Shown: piece by piece, positions 37,080 through 48,734 of the stretch | Layout: every line of letters starts with the position of its first letter | Numbering within the stretch: the stretch's first letter is position 1 | Assembly: GCF_009834535.1 (NCBI RefSeq) | Contig: NC_045697.1 | Location: 117,926,001 to 117,990,000, forward strand | DNA from: Camelus ferus | Lineage: Eukaryota | DNA length: 64,000 nt | Direction of reading: 5' to 3' | Translations under genes and position numbers: made by a program | The notes under the pieces: generated by a model | Databases searched by the model: none | The model's input: the letters and a program-made list of their open reading frames with translations, nothing else | Told to the model about the DNA's origin: nothing

Positions 37080-38705
37080 CTATGGAGTGACATCAGCATC
37101 ACTGAGAAGCCCAGTAGTGTCTGTCCTGAGCCAGGCCAGGGCTGAATGTATGATGTGCTGTCACAGAACTGGGCTCCTTTCCTGACAGTGGGATTCCAGA
37201 ATATGATAAAGGGGCCAGGTGACAGTGCGAGGTGTGTGCGGTGATCACCTTCGGGGCCAAGGGGGCTTAAGCTTCAGAGAGGAGTAGGGATGGTGTTCCT
37301 GGAGACAAGACTGAAAGGCAGTCAACAAGGATACTTTCGAACGTATAGAATTAAAAAAAAAAAATCTGAGAATGGATAAGTAGGAGACTGAAGAGGATGC
37401 CCCAATAAAAAGTTGTGGTTCCTCAGCCAGTTCCTGTACCTGGCCCAGTCCTCACACCTGGAGCCCATCTACAGAGGGAGGAGCCGGGCTCCCAGGAGAA
37501 AGGACCCTGCAACCCCTGAACTCTGCAACATCACCGCAAGCCCACTCGGTGGTAGCTCCCCCGTCCTTCCCTAAAGTGAATTATGCACGTTAACCCATGC
37601 CAGCATGCATTGGGCAGACAGGTACTCAGACCTTCAGAGACCGATCACAGAGAGTCTAAATTAATATTGTTAGCCGGACACCCAAAGTACTGACATGCCC
37701 CTCCCGCTAGTGTGGCTGCAGGTGGTGGGCAGGTAGTCAGTGGAATCGTGGCTCAGGTCTGGTTCACAGTGGGCAGACTCGGTAATTGGCAGACCCCTCA
37801 ATCGGTTCCTGGTCTTCGGGGTGAGAGCTGCTGTAGTGGGAAGACCAAGTCGAAGCTTCTGAAATCACCTCCTTCTCTCCAAGTCAGTCCATCAACCCTG
37901 CACCTTGGGAGTGAGGGTTGGAGCCTCGTGTCCTGCTCACGGGACTCAAGGAGGTCTCCATCCTGTTCCCATTAAGTTAGCCAGCCCAGTCTTTACAGAA
38001 ATGTGACGGATCATGACGGATAATGGTGGAACTCTACAACTTAATCAAGTAGGAGCCACACTGGTAGTTGCCAGGCTGAATGCGGTGTCTTTGCTGGTCC
38101 AGATGAAGGCAAATCCTGACCTGTGATACGCTGTCTCTGACCTGGGGAATGCGTGCCTCTCCATCCACATCAATAAAAAGCACTGGGAATTGCTCGCACT
38201 TACTCGGGACAGGCACGTGCTGGGTGGCCAGGTCTGTTACGTCTCCTGCTGTCATCTGGTCCCCAGGAGCCTGGACCGGTCACTCTGTGACACTGGTCTG
38301 ATGTAATGACAGCCTCGTGCTGGCAGGACCAGAGGAGCACACGGTGTGCGCTGTGTGAAGACCTGCGCACTCCACAGGGTGAGAGACAGACCCTGTGAAG
38401 GTTGAGGGACCCGCTGCATTGATGAAGTGTCCAGGGGGCTAGTGGCCTGGAGGATTCTAGGATGTCCCTTCCAAACCAAAGGACAGATTCCAGCCTATCT
38501 CGCCTCTCACCACTAAGAAAAGCAATTCTTGGTAGATTTTTTTTCCGGTTCTGCTGACAGCATAGTCTACATTTGGAAACCCACTTCTAACCCATACACT
38601 GGTTGTGCAAAAGGCTGCCAGCTTTGAGCGGGGGCCCAGGCAGGAGAGAGCTCGGTGGCAGACCCAGGAGCTGCAGGAGAGGATATAGCATTCAGAAAAG
38701 CAGCA
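37080..38705 (+). mobile_element. Decayed ERVL internal region, 5' part (gag end, protease, RT)
   Basis: Collinear with ERVL pro-pol as recalled: ggctcaggtctggttcacagtggg; ttacagaaatgtgacggatcatgacggataatggtgg (LQKCDGS*RIMV, cf. VQKTDGSWRMTV); aaaggctgccagctttgagcggggg (KAASFE). Start approximate. Confidence 0.8.
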
Positions 38706-39968
38706 AAAATCAACTCAAAATGGATTAAAGACTTAAACATAAGACAAGATACAATAAACCTCCTAGAGGAAAACATAGGCAAAACATTATCTGACATACA
38801 TTTCAAAAATTTTCTCCTAGAAGAAATAAAAGCAAGAATAAACAAATGGGACCTAATGAAACTTACAAGCTTCTGCACAGCAAAGGAAACCAGAAGTAAA
38901 ACAAGAAGAAAACCTACGGAATGGGAGAAAATTTTTGCAAGTGAAACCGACGAAGGCTTGATCTCCAGAATATATAAGCAGCTCATATGACTCAATAAGA
39001 AAAAAATAAACAACCCAATCCAAAAATGGGCAGAAGACCTAAACAAGCAATTCTCCAAGGAAGACATACAAATGATCAAAAAGCGCATGAAAAAATGCTC
39101 AATATCACTAATTATCAGAGAAATGCAAATCAAAACTACAATGAGGTATCACCTCACACCAGTCAGAATGGCCGTCATTCAAAAATCCACAAATGACAAA
39201 TGCTGGAGAGGCTGTGGAGAAAGGGGAACCTCCTACACTGCTGGTGGGAATGCAGTTTGGTGCAGCCACTGTGGAAAACAGTGTGGAGATTCCTCAAAAT
39301 ACTACGAATAGACTTACCATATGACCCAGGAATCCCACTCTTGGGCTTGTATCCAGAAGGAAATCTACTTCAGGATGACACCTGCACCCCAATGTTCATA
39401 GCAGCACTATTTACAATAGCCAAAACATGGAAACAGCCTAAATGTCCATCAACAGGCGACTGGATAAAGAAGAAGTGGTATATTTATACAATGGAATACT
39501 ACTCAGCCATAAAAACCGACAACATAATGCCATTTGCAGCAACATGGATGCTCCTGGAGAATGTCATTCTAAGTGAAGTAAGCCAGAAAGACAAAGAAAA
39601 ATACCATATGAGATCGCTCATATGTGGAATCTAAAAAACAAAAACAAACAAACAAACAAAAACAAAGCGTAAATACAGGACAGAAATAGACTCACAGACA
39701 GAGAATACAGACTTGTGGTTACCAGGGGGGTGGAGGGTGGGTGGGATAGACTGGGATTTCAAAATTGTAGAACAGATAAACAAGATTACACTGTATAGCA
39801 CAGGGAAATATACACAAAATGTTATAATAACTCACAGAGAAAAAAATGTGACAATGAGTGTGTTATATGTCCATGAATGACTGAAAAATTGTGCTGAACA
39901 CTGGAATTTGACACAACATTGTAAAATGATTATAAATCAATAAAAAATGTTAAAAAAAAAAAAAAAAA
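38706..39968 (+). mobile_element. Young 5'-truncated LINE-1 inserted in ERVL pol
   Basis: ORF2 C-terminus ([10 protein letters not shown]...HCWWEC...YHMRSLICGI), 3' UTR and pure poly(A). Perfect 12-bp TSD agaaaagcagca at 38694-38705 and 39969-39980. Confidence 0.96.
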
Positions 39969-39980
39969 AGAAAAGCAGCA

Positions 39981-40530
39981 TCTGGAACGTTACCAGTCCT
40001 TTGTAGAGACCTGACCGTGGAACATCAAGGGACCAGGCTCATGCGGTCAAAGATGCTCATGTTGAGCAACATCCTGCTGACCCACCAAGTCATAAGGTCA
40101 GGCAAGGCCAGCAGTGATCGGGCTTGAGTCAGAAGTGACTCCACAGAGCCCGAGCACAAGCAGGACTGGACAGCACAGGTAAGCAAGGCAAGATGGTGGC
40201 GCAAAGCCCCTCCCCCCCCGCCCATCACCTCTCCCTTCTGCTCCCTGCGGGCACTGGGGTCCCTCAGTGACTGTCTGATAGAGGGGAAGGCTGACTTGGT
40301 TCATTCACCGGTTTGCTCAGCATATCAGTGGCAGCTGAAGACGGTCCGCTGCTTACGGCAGTCCCATTCCGGATGGCCCTGGAAAAACGTGGGGAAGGGA
40401 AGTCCTCCCACAGGGCAGAGTCCCAGGTGGTGTCCCTAGTCATGGACTTTGTGTGAACAGAGAAGCAAAACCGAGCAAGAAAATCCACAGACTCATGGGG
40501 GTTGGAACTGATCACATAGGAGCCAGAAGC
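39981..40530 (+). mobile_element. Decayed ERVL pol, 3' part (connection/RNase H)
   Basis: ggggaagggaagtcctcccacagggcagag = GEGKSSHRAE (cf. GEGKSSQWAE) at 40391-40420; acagactcatgg = TDSW at ~40486. Confidence 0.8.
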
Positions 40531-40539
40531 GAGAAGACT

Positions 40540-40782
40540 GGACGGGCTGGTGGAGGAGGTTGGGGGACGGCTTGGGATGGGCCTCCAGGGCTGCAGGGAC
40601 CATGAAGCTGCACGGTTCCTGGTGGATTCTTCACAGGTCCCAGGGAAAGCCGCTGTGTCCTCAGAGTTTCCATCTGCCTTCCTCCCTTTTTATGGGCGTG
40701 TCTCCGAAAGTTCTCCCTGGAAAAATTTCTGCATGCCACTCTCCGCTTCACACACTGTTTCCTCATAACCCAGGCTGAGACA
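40540..40782 (+). mobile_element. ERVL 3' LTR remnant (LTR16/LTR33-like)
   Basis: ctccctggaaaaatttctgcatgccactctccgcttcacacactgtttcctcataacccaggctgagaca resembles the LTR16/33 R-U5 end, terminates in CA and has the same orientation as pol. Confidence 0.65.
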
Positions 40783-41168
40783 GATGGAGATGACATTCAG
40801 GACTGTCATAAATCCGAGTAAATTAGGGAACGTTTTTGGTATTTAATGAAGACCCATGTATTTTAAAGAGTGGAGAGAGACTCCTCCCCCATCTGCTCTT
40901 TAACAAGTCTGGATAATTTGAACAAGGTATAATCTCTGCATTATGCTAATGTCAATTAATGTGATGAAAAAATAGATTCTATATTAATAATTTCAAAGAC
41001 AACTTCCTCTATCTTCTAAATTCCTTCTTCTCTTAGAGGAATTCACCTTATTGAGCAGGTAAAATTGTTTCTCTCATCAACCCAATTACCATAAAATTAA
41101 AGCATGAATTTTCTTCCTCCACTAGACATATTTTTGTCCTATTCAATCCAAACTTGAAAACTTTTTTT

Positions 41169-43595
41169 TAACATTTTTTAATTGAGTTATAGTCATGTTA
41201 CAATGTTGTGTCAATTTCCAGCGTAGAGTACAATTTTTCAGTTATACATGAACATACATATATTCATTGTAACATTCTTTTTCACTGTGAGCTACCACAA
41301 GATCTTGTATATATTTCCCTGTGCTATACAGTATAATCTTGTTTATTTATTCTGCATATGTCTGTCAGTATCTACAAATCTTGAACTCCCAGTCTGTCCC
41401 TTCCCACCCCTTCCCCCCTGGCAACCATAAGTTTGTATTTTATGTCTTTAAGTCTGCTTCTGTTTTGTATTTATGTTCTTCTTTTTTTTTTAGATTCCAC
41501 ATATGAGTGATCTCATATGGTATTTTTCTTTGTCTTTCTGGCTTACGTCACTTAGAATGACATTTTCCAGGAACATCCATGTTGCTGCAAATTGCATTAT
41601 GTTGTCGGTTTTTATGGCTGAATAGTATTCCATTGTGTAAATATACCACTTCTTCTTTATCCATCATCTGTCAATGGACATTTAGGCTGTTTCCATGTCT
41701 TGGCTATTGTAAATAGTGCTGCTATGAACATTGGGGTGCAAGTGTCTTTTTAAAGTAGGGTTCCTTCTGGATATATGCCCAGTATTGGGACTCCTGGGTA
41801 ATATGGTAAGTCTATTCCTAGTCTTTTGAGGAATCTCCATACTGTTTTCCACAGTGGCTGCACCAAACTGCATTCCCACCAGCAGTGTATGAGGGGTCCC
41901 TTTTCTCCACAGCCTCTCCAGCATTTGTCATTTGTGGAATTTGAATGGTGGCCATTCTGACTGGTGTGAGGTGATACCTCATTGTAGTTTTGATTTGCAT
42001 TTCTCTGATAATTAGTGATATTGAGCATTTTTTCATTGCCTATTGATCATTTGTACTTCTTCTTGGGAAAATTGCTTGTTTAGGTCTTCTGCCCATTTTT
42101 GGATTGGGTTGTTTGTTTTTTTCTTATTAAGTCATACAAGCTACTTATATATTCTGGAGATCAAGCCTTTGTCAGTTTCATCATTTGCAAAAATATTCTC
42201 CCATTCTGTAGGTTGTTGTTTTGTTTTGTTTATGGTTTCCTTTGCTGTGCAGAAGCTTGTAAGTTTCATTAGGTCCCACTTGTTTATTTTTGCTTTTATT
42301 TCTATTGCTTGGGTAGACTGCCCTAGGAGAACATTTTTGAGATGTGGTATGTCAGATAATATTTTGCCTATATTTTCTTCTAGGAGGTTTATTGCATCTT
42401 GTCTTACGTTTAAGTCTTTGATCCATTTTGAGTTTATTTTTGTGCATGGTATAAGGGAGTGTTTTAGCTTCATTGTTTTACATGCTGCTGTACAGTTTTC
42501 CCAACACCATTTGCTGAAGAGACTGTCTTTATTGCGTTGTGTGTTCTTGCCTCCTTTGTCGAACATTAGTTGACCAAAAGTTTGTGGGTTTATTTCTGGG
42601 CTCTCTATTCTGTTCCACTGGTCTATATGTCTGTTTTTGTACCAATACCATGCTGTCTTGATGACTGTGGCTCTATAGTATTGTCTGAAGTCTGGGAGAG
42701 TTATTCCTCCAGCCTCTTTCTTTTTCTTCAGTAATGCTTTGGCAATTCTAGGTCTTTTGTGATTCCATATAAATTTTAGTATGATTTGTTCTAGTTCTAT
42801 GAAATATGTCCTGGGTAATTTGATAGAGATTGCATTAAATCTGTAGATTGCCTTGGGCAGTGTGACCATTTTAACAATATTGATTCTTCCAATCCAGGAG
42901 CATGGAATATCTTTCCATTTTTTTAAGTCTTCTTTAATTTCCTTACTCAGTGTTTTAATTTTCTGTGTATAAGTCTTTCACCTCCTTGGTTAGATTTATT
43001 CCTAGGTATTTTATTACTTTGGGTGCTATTTTAAAGGGGATTGTTTCTTTACTTTCTTTTTCTGTTGATTCATCATTAGTGTGAAGAAATATGACTGATT
43101 TTTTTAATGTTAATCTTCTAACTTGCTACCTTGCTGAATTCCTTGATTATTTCTAGTAGTTTTTGTGTGGGCCTTTTAAGGTTTTCTATATATAGTAACA
43201 TATCATCGGCATATAGTGACACTTTTACCTCTTCTTTTCCAATTTGGATCCCTTTTCTCTCACTTGCCTGACTGCTGTGGCTAGGACTTCCAAGACTATG
43301 TTGAATAGGAGTGGTGATAGTGGGCATCCTTGTCTCGTCCCAGATTTTAGTGGGAAGCTTTTGAGTTTTTCACCATTGAGAACTATGCTGGCTGTAGGTT
43401 TGTCATATATAGCTTTTATTATGTTGAGATATGTTCCCTCTGTATCCACTTTGGTGAGAGTTTTTTATCACAAATGGGTGTTGAATTTTATCAAATGCTT
43501 TTTTTGCATCTATATTGAGATGATCATGTGGTTTTCGTCCTTTGTCTTGTTGATATGATGTATTGCATTGATTGATTTGTATATATTAAACCACC
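41169..43595 (-). mobile_element. 5'-truncated LINE-1 (~2.4 kb; part of RT, C-terminus, 3' UTR)
   Basis: [28 protein letters not shown] and a 242-aa open ORF2 segment, with frameshifts. 16-bp TSD cttgaaaacttttttt at 41153-41168 and 43596-43611. Confidence 0.96.
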
Positions 43596-44742
43596 CTTGA
43601 AAACTTTTTTTGATGCAAATTCATGTTAATACAGCTTCTCCAAAATTCATAGCATAATCTATACACTCTTCTAACAGCCCCCTGTACAAAAACAAAATAT
43701 TGTGATCAAGTGCATATCCATGGCTTACATTTCTGACTCAGAATTTTAGCACATTCTTTCTGGTAATATCATACGTGTCCCAGAGTAATGCAATGCTGTA
43801 ATGATAATTACAAGCTATAATCGTGCTTTTGCATGGAGATCTCGAGCTAGCACGTGAGGCCCGCATCCTCTTAGCTGCTCACATAATATCTACAGTTCCT
43901 GTTTTGTCTGACTAAGTTGACTTAATGTCTTGCTGTTCTCTTAAAAAAAAAAAAAAAGGTTAATGGTTAATGGTGAACAGGAAGTCTTAAGCTTAAATTC
44001 TGAGTATGCCCTACTCAAATCGAAATAAAAGGCATTCTTTTCCATTGACTAACATTTTCTGTGTTTTAAGACACCGAGATGTTTGATAGCCAATTTTCAA
44101 GACACTGTATATTAAATTGTTAATGGAAAAAAAATGAAAGGAAGTTCTGCTTATTTTTTTTAATTAAAACTAAAACACACATTTCTTTTCCTTCTCACGC
44201 ATGCACACCACACCCTGAGGTATGTCATCTTAGTCAGTCGTGTGCACAGTGGCCATGGCTCCTCCACTTTGGACAGCTTCAGAGTCACCTGGAGAGCTTA
44301 GAACAGCCTCATGTGCTGGAGATTCTGATGATGTTGGGTTGAACTCAAAACTTCGGTGTATGGATTTCCCCCCAAACTCTGGGTGGCCCTATGTTAACAC
44401 CAATTTTTGGCACAGTTGAAATCAAAAGAACATTAGAGAGCATAGACTAGCTGTTAATATTTCATACACAAACTGTATATGAGGAATTTAGTGTCCATTC
44501 CCAGTGATGCAAATGTGTTCTCTCTCTCCCTCTCCACCAAATAATTACTTTTGTGATAAAACCAAGGCTCTGAGATGATCTGTATTAGAATATCATTCCC
44601 TTTCACCAGAATGAAATGCCCTGTGAATAATTTGATATCATATTTGGGGTTTCCCAGGCTATGTCTGTATAACTTTTTTTTTTTAACAATAGTGAAAATA
44701 AAACCAATACCTAATTTTGTGACCCAGTGCATTCACAAATGG

Positions 44743-45074
44743 CATTTGTTTATTTGTTTGTTTATTTATTTATTTAAATTGAAGTCTAGTCAGTTTACAT
44801 TGTGTCAGTTTCTGGTGCACAGCATCATGTTTCAGTCATACGTATACATACATATGTATTCCTTTTCATGTTCCTTTTCATTGTAGGTTACTACAAGATA
44901 TTGAATATAGTTCCCTGTGCTCTACAGAAGAAACTTGTTTTCTATCTATTTTATATATAGTAGTTAGTGTTTGCAAATTTCAAGCTCCCAATTTATCCCT
45001 TCCCACCCCTTCCTCCCCGGTAACCATGAGTTTCTTTGCTATGTCTGTGAGTCTGCTTCTGTTTTGTAGGTGAG
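44743..45074 (-). mobile_element. Short LINE-1 3' UTR insertion
   Basis: (TTTG/TTTA)n tail plus L1 3' UTR. TSD ttcacaaatgg at 44732-44742 and 45075-45085. Confidence 0.9.
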
Positions 45075-45904
45075 TTCACAAATGGGTTTCCCTTATAGCA
45101 AAGGTCGACTTTAAATCAGTTACTCAAGAAATTCATCCTCATATTCGTACTGACATTCTCACTTCAAGAATTTCTTCCTTCAGGGATTTTTCTAAGAATA
45201 AATTTAAAAATTTCATTGCTATTCTTCACTACTGAGCTCAGTGATCTGAACAAAATCTTTTCACTTCCCTGTTTCATAATTTACTCATTTGACAAATAAA
45301 GGATAACCCGAGGGCTTACTGAACCACACGTCTCTCAGATAAGACAGAGGACATACCTTCCCCAATAGCAAGACAAAGAAAATTATAAAAATAAAGAGCT
45401 AAGCTCACTGTGGGTTATAAAGGTTGGGGAGGTGGAGATCAACCATGTTTTGCCTTTGAAACCTGCCTTTTCAGTTAATTTAGTATCAGCATCTCTCATA
45501 TCTGGAAACGCATCACCTGCTTGGAAAATTGAGGTAGAAAGTGTATTTGTTTCCTGTTCTCTAAATTTAAAGTAATAGATTGTTGAGGGGAAAAAAAAAA
45601 TAAAATTAGTTGAAAGTTTTATTTAAAAAACGCAGATTTAAATTTGCCATTTCTTTCTAATTTATTGCAGAAGAGGGACCGTTCTTTGGACTAAAGGGAT
45701 GTTTCTACCTTTGCCTTGGTGTTTTTTTCTTATTAGGTATAGGTATTAGGCATCTTGCCTAAGAAGAGTGTGAATTGAATAAAATTTACCTTCATTTTCA
45801 CACCTACAAAAATTTAACGCCTATAATGAAGTCTTATTCAGGATAACTCTCATTTTATAAGAAATAAGATTACCCGAAAGAGTCCACTTTGGTTTCCAGG
45901 ACGG

Positions 45905-45931
45905 CATTTATTTATTTATAATACATATATT

Positions 45932-45974
<43 letters not shown>

Positions 45975-46172
45975 TATATATATATACACACACACACATA
46001 TATATGCATGTATATATATTATGTTTCTGTTTTGTAAATCATTTGTGTCTTTTTTTTTGATTCTATATATAAGTAATATAATATGGTATTTTTCTGTGAC
46101 TTCAGTTAGTCTGGTAATCTCTAGGTCCATCCATGTTCCTGCAAATGACATTATTTTATTATTTTTTATCGC
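45905..46172 (-). mobile_element. Compound (TA)n/(CA)n microsatellite joined to a LINE-1 fragment
   Basis: TA/CA array at ~45938-46018, then ctctaggtccatccatgttcctgcaaatgacatt (SFAGTWMDLE on the minus strand). Confidence 0.8.
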
Positions 46173-47348
46173 TGGTATAACCTACCTCGGCACAGCTTGG
46201 TGACTTTTGAGGCTGCAGTAGAAGCCAGTGTCCTTGGTGGAAGAGAAGGAGAAGTTGTGCTGCTCTGTTGAGTGAAAAATACCACTGGGCCTTTGACCTA
46301 CTTTCTGTCTGTCCACCAGGGCTGAGCACTGACTCCGGCCATGTGAGACAGTTGGAGTAGAATTTAAAACCCTTTTGTAGAACTTGTTAAATTACCAAAA
46401 TTCTAAACTCCAACTCAGGGGGGGTATTGCTCATCCCACAAATTTAATGCTAGGTTGATGACCTGGAAATTTAAAGTCAGAATTTTTGTTATCTATTGTC
46501 TCTACCAGAAATACTAGAATAAAGATAGCTACTGCTGATTTAATGAGAAAGTTGATGAATGATGTTCCTGGAAGAGAAGGCTGTGTCTTCAAACACAATA
46601 CTTTGGTTCAATGGGAAAAGCGAGGAATACAGAAAAGGGATTTAGAAAATGGCAGAGTTCAAATTGGTGGCTCATGTCAGGAACCATTTTTGAAGAACGA
46701 GCGAAGTCAGTGCTATCTGCTCTGAGAGATTCAACATTGATGTAAGACATGGTCTCTAAGCAGAAAACAAACACAGAAGCAAAACCTCACATATACATAA
46801 ACAAAACAAAACAAAAAAAAACTATGGTCTAGAATGGACTTGTCTACTATTCAAGTCATAACATGATAGATATCCAGAATCATACAGAAGTGGGACTGAA
46901 GTAAAAATATTTTTCTCAGTTGATTACAGAGAGTTCCTGGCTTTGGGCTTTAAGCAGATGAAGGATTTAAATAAAGAGTTCAGAAAGGGAATTTCAGTCC
47001 CAACCAAGGGCTATGGGATGGGAAGCTGGTGTTATTTGTGTCCAAGAGTAGAGGATGGGGCTGGATTTGGGTGCCTCTTGGATGTCACTGCAAGTAGACC
47101 CAACATCAACTCTAGGGAATCGGAGTCTGTGGGCAGGTTGCTTGTCTGCTGCATGTGAGATAAGAGATCGCTGGTTTCTGGCTCAGGATGGAGGTGAAAA
47201 GAGAATTTGATGAAAGTCACCAAGTGGATGCTTCAGGGGAATGGATTTCCCAAGTGCAGACCATCAGGCCAGATGACTCCAACACAGTGCAGGGGCCAGC
47301 AGGGCAGTGCCCCAGCGTTAGCGAGGAAATACGACTCATTTCCCTAAC

Positions 47349-47513
47349 ACAGCACTTCTCAAACTGTCGTGGACAGAGTGAGTCTTGTTAAAGATGGAGC
47401 CCCTGATTCAGCTGGTCTGGGGTAGAGGGCACCCAAGAGTCTTCCCCCCTAAGGAGATCCCAGGTAGCTAACCTGCCGCTGCTGCTTGGTGACCACACTC
47501 TGAGAGCAAGGCT
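47349..47513. mobile_element. MER5A-like hAT-Charlie MITE
   Basis: cagcacttctcaaact...ctgattcagctggtctggggtag...gaccacactctgagagcaaggct with imperfect terminal inverted repeats. Confidence 0.7.
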
Positions 47514-48700
47514 GTCCAAGGCTGCGGAAGTCTGAGAAGATGGAAGAGGGCAAGAAGCATCATCTCCTTGTGGAATTATTGGAGGGAGACACACATCAGG
47601 ACCTTGCAATCTCTCTTTCCTTTCCCGCAGGATGGTCATAAAGTCAATTTTCAAATGTTTGATCTGTGTTTTGAGGGCAGTGGTACCCGTTCAATGAAAG
47701 GTTTTGAACAGTGGGATAGCACAAAAGACCTTCAACAAAGTGATGTGTGGACAGGATGAAGGAAAGAAGGAAGGTGGGTGACCTGGGGCGATGCCACTCA
47801 AATCATCTAGTTCTAAGACCTTGATTGCCCAGCAGAAGAGGTGGCAGGAGTTGCGGACAGGATGATATTGATGAAGTTGACTTTGAAGATGGAAGATGGC
47901 GGTGGGGAGTGACAGTTGGAGTCCAGGGGAATTTAGAGGACAGAAGTGCCTGGAACCGTGGACATCAGTCCTACATGGACACATTCATTCATTTTCTATT
48001 TTACGGTCCTTTTCTCTTCATCTCCTTGATCTGTCTAGTGGGGAGGGGGAGGGACGTGCCTGGGGCCAGGCTCACCTTTCCCTCCACTTCATGCTTCATT
48101 AATTGTGAACAGTCAACAACCATGTGCTACAGCAGCCGGGAAAGGGACCAAAAGACTAAATACGGAGGCGCAGATGTATCAGTAGCAGTGCCTGCCCTTC
48201 ACCAAGGAGAAACAGGAACAATTGTTTCTGTTGTTGTTCTCGTGGAACCTCACGGCCCCAGTTTTTAGGCCACTACCTTCGGTAGATTACCTGGAAACTT
48301 CAGAAACTTAGAAGCATGATAAATGGGCAATGGTGAGCAGATAAATCCTGATTTCGGTTGGAAAATTAGGGGAAATTCAATACCGCGATAGTATCAGCCT
48401 TGTATTTACAGCTGTCGCTGCTGCTCACATGGATAAATGCTCCCCAGGGACCCAGATCAAAGCGTGGTCACGGTGCGAGGAGCACGGACCGCATATGGTA
48501 ACTTTACGGACTCGGCAGAACGTTCCGAATGAAAGTGCAGGTGACGTACGTCGCAGGTGCTCGTAAACACTCTGCAGGGTCCAGGCTGCTTGGGGTTTGG
48601 AGCTAGGCTGCTCCATTTACCACTTTCCCTTGAAATTTTACCCCAGAGTGTCAGTTATAACCACAGCGACTCCCTTTCGGGAATAACATTTCAGCTCTGG

Positions 48701-48734
48701 GCACGCGCACGCGTGCGTGTGTGCGCGCGCGCAC
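48701..48734. repeat. 34-bp alternating purine-pyrimidine tract (GC/AC/GT mix)
   Basis: gcacgcgcacgcgtgcgtgtgtgcgcgcgcgcac. Confidence 0.9.

Noticed and set aside
42141..43449. Reverse-transcriptase-like ORFs as a novel RT system
   Set aside because: Ordinary LINE-1 ORF2, frameshifted and 5'-truncated, with TSD.
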